DNA from: Eledone cirrhosa | Lineage: Eukaryota | Reading direction: 5' to 3' | NCBI GenBank assembly: GCA_964016885.1 | Contig: OZ024750.1 | Coordinates: forward strand, 5,704,001 to 5,768,000 | Length of the DNA: 64,000 nucleotides | Shown: positions 61,222 to 64,000 of the stretch, piece after piece | Layout of the letters: every line of letters starts with the position of its first letter | How positions within the stretch are numbered: the stretch's first letter is position 1 | Program-made: the position numbers and the translations under genes | The notes under the pieces: generated by a model | Told to the model about the DNA's origin: nothing | The model's input: the letters and a program-made list of their open reading frames with translations, nothing else | The model's database searches: none

Positions 61222-61429
61222 CACATTTATACACGCACATGTAATGATACAATCATTTTCTGTCAAAATCTTTAAAAACCATAAATAACGGAGTAGTAAA
61301 CATTTTCAGATCGGTTGGAAGGCTTAACAAAATGGCTATAAAACACACGGTCTGAGAACAGGAGGTGAAAAAATAGCCATTTTTATAACTTTGTTTCCTA
61401 ATAGATATATAACTACATATACATAGATA

Positions 61430-62280
61430 GATACCAACATATAGATAGATATATACCAACATATATATTGTGATATACCATCATATAGATGGAGATATAC
61501 CATCATATAGATGGAGATATACCATCATATAGATGGAGATATACCATCATATAGATGGAGATATACCATCATATAGATGGAGATATACCAACATATAGAT
61601 GGAGATATACCAACATATAGATGGAGATATACCATCATATAGATGGAGATATACCATCATATAGATGGAGATATACCATCATATAGATGGAGATATACCA
61701 ACATATAGATGGAGATATACCATCATATAGATGGAGATATACCAACATATAGATAGTGATATACCAACATATATATGGAGATATACCAACATATAGATAG
61801 TGATATACCATCATATAGATGGAGATATACCAACATATATATTGGGATATACCAACATATAGATAGATATATACCAACATATAGATGGAGATATACCATC
61901 ATATAGATGGAGATATACCATCATATAGATAGTGATATCCCAACATATATATGGAGATATACCAACATAGAGATAGTGATATCCCAACATATAGATAGTG
62001 ATATACCAACATATATATTGTGATATACCATCATATAGATGGAGATATACCATCATATAGATAGTGATATACCATCATATAGATGGAGATATCCCAACAT
62101 ATAGATGGAGATATACCATCATATAGATAGTGATATACCATCATATAGATGGAGATATCCCAACATATAGATGGAGATATCCCAACATATAGATGGAGAT
62201 ATACCATCATATAGTTACATATATACCATCATTAGGTATATATATCTATCATCATATAGATAGATATATACCATCATATA
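61430..62280. repeat. 22-bp minisatellite ATATACCA(T/A)CATATAGATGGAG
   Basis: Direct reading. Confidence 0.95.
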
Positions 62281-62392
62281 TGTTCGTTCATATGATAAGA
62301 TACCTAGATAGTCAGACATTAAACGTTGTCCCGTGAGCGAAGATATGCAAACTTTAGGCCGTTCTACAAGATATTTAGATTTGTGTGTGTGC

Positions 62393-62454
<62 letters not shown>

Positions 62455-62557
62455 AAAAGAGAGCAGTATTGGAAAGGACTATAAATGCCATAAATGAGAG
62501 GAAAAGGAGGGAAAGAGCAAGGACTACTAGACAAATGAAGAAAGAAAAGGAAAAAAA

Positions 62558-62623
<66 letters not shown>

Positions 62624-62700
62624 AGACTCTACACCTAGGTCTGTTCATTCAATGGATAGTAGTAGGTGTAGCCATAGAAATAGGGTGGGATGCTCTCCAG

Positions 62701-62750
62701 AAATAAAGTACCAGTCACGCACTGGGGTCGATTTAATCGGCTTTCCCCTT
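62701..62750 (+). mobile_element. SINE family 1 fragment
   Basis: AAATAAAGTACCAGTCACGCACTGGGGTCGATTTAATCG. Confidence 0.75.
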
Positions 62751-63116
62751 CTGACTGATAAAATGACAAGGCGGGCAGAATGGAGAAGGCGCTTCCTCGG
62801 AGGACGGCAAGGGAGACGCGCTGGAAAAGCCCTTCCAACTCGCGAGGCTCACACCTGCGGCGGCGGCGGGCCAGCTCAGCGCCTCAGAGCGGTGTTTCGT
62901 TACTTTCGAGTGAAGAATATGTCACCAAAGGAAGGTACGCAGTGAATTATCGAAATATTGAGGAAACGTGTGTTAGAGAAAGAACGAAATCTTTGATTTA
63001 TCGTCTTATCAAATTACAAAATATATGAGATTTCTTTAACTATTATTGGAAAAAAAGTAATCTTTGAACTATCGAAATATTTGATTTCATACGTTACTTG
63101 TAGTAGGAAAACTCTC

Positions 63117-63188
<72 letters not shown>

Positions 63189-63339
63189 GAGAATCAAACA
63201 CGAGTAGATATTTAATCTTCAACAATCTTCTTAAATATTCCAAAATTTTCCATTTGAATTCAAGATCCGACAAATATATTCTGATGAGAAATATTTGGCT
63301 TCAAATGATCGTACACACACACAGACACACACACACACA

Positions 63340-63484
<145 letters not shown>

Positions 63485-63766
63485 GAGTCGGGGTCCTCTT
63501 CTACACAATGTATTACATAAATACATTGTGTAGAAGTCCATATGGAGTTTGAAGGTGTCGCCGGTTGATTAACTGTCGTTGTTAGTGAAACTGCAGGAGT
63601 TTAAATTAACAGGTTTTAACGCCAGGGAGGAAATCCGCTGTCTCTTGTGTCATATTAACTGTTGTCATTCTTTATATTGGTATTTTTAACACAGAACCTC
63701 AACAATCAATTGTCTCTTTACAATTCAACACTGTCAACACCCCACCACAGTTAATTGATAGCATAA

Positions 63767-63823
63767 TAATTGTTTTTACTGTTGGCACAAGGCCAACAAT
63801 TATCCCAGTGCATTACTGGTACT
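63767..63823 (-). mobile_element. SINE family 1 tail fragment
   Basis: TAATTGTTT...GGCACAAGGCCAACAATTATCCCAGTGCATTACTGGTACT. Confidence 0.8.
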
Positions 63824-64000
63824 AACGCAATTTTATACCTCTCTTACACTTAAATTCTTAGTTCCTTTTTTTTTTCTTACATTGCTTTCATTCTTTCTTT
63901 ATTTCTCTCTGCATTATCAGGCAATGGCCATACTCGATAACGAGGGGACAGCCATCATGTATGTATGTATGCTTGTATATATCCCCTGATAAGTATATAT

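Overview
AT-rich, microsatellite-saturated eukaryotic DNA, intergenic or intronic. The SINE content suggests an octopus or other coleoid cephalopod (inference, not database-checked). No intact protein-coding gene is recognisable, and nearly all ORFs in the track are translations of simple repeats. The window holds about 20 copies or fragments of one tRNA-derived SINE (several with clear target-site duplications), two or three other SINE-like families, an RTE-type LINE 3' relic, a Tc1/mariner-type MITE and many micro/minisatellites. The main find is a set of short (about 90-450 bp) non-coding elements inserted into (TA)n tracts. They carry seven type-I hammerhead ribozyme (HHR) motifs (CUGAnGA...GAAA...UH) whose helices stay paired despite divergent sequences. 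Related families form long foldbacks centred on HHR helix II, and most carry a GAGT(A/G/T)C motif near one end. This matches non-autonomous Penelope-like (PLE)/retrozyme-type elements. All coordinates and base pairings were read by eye, and no ribozyme activity is demonstrated.
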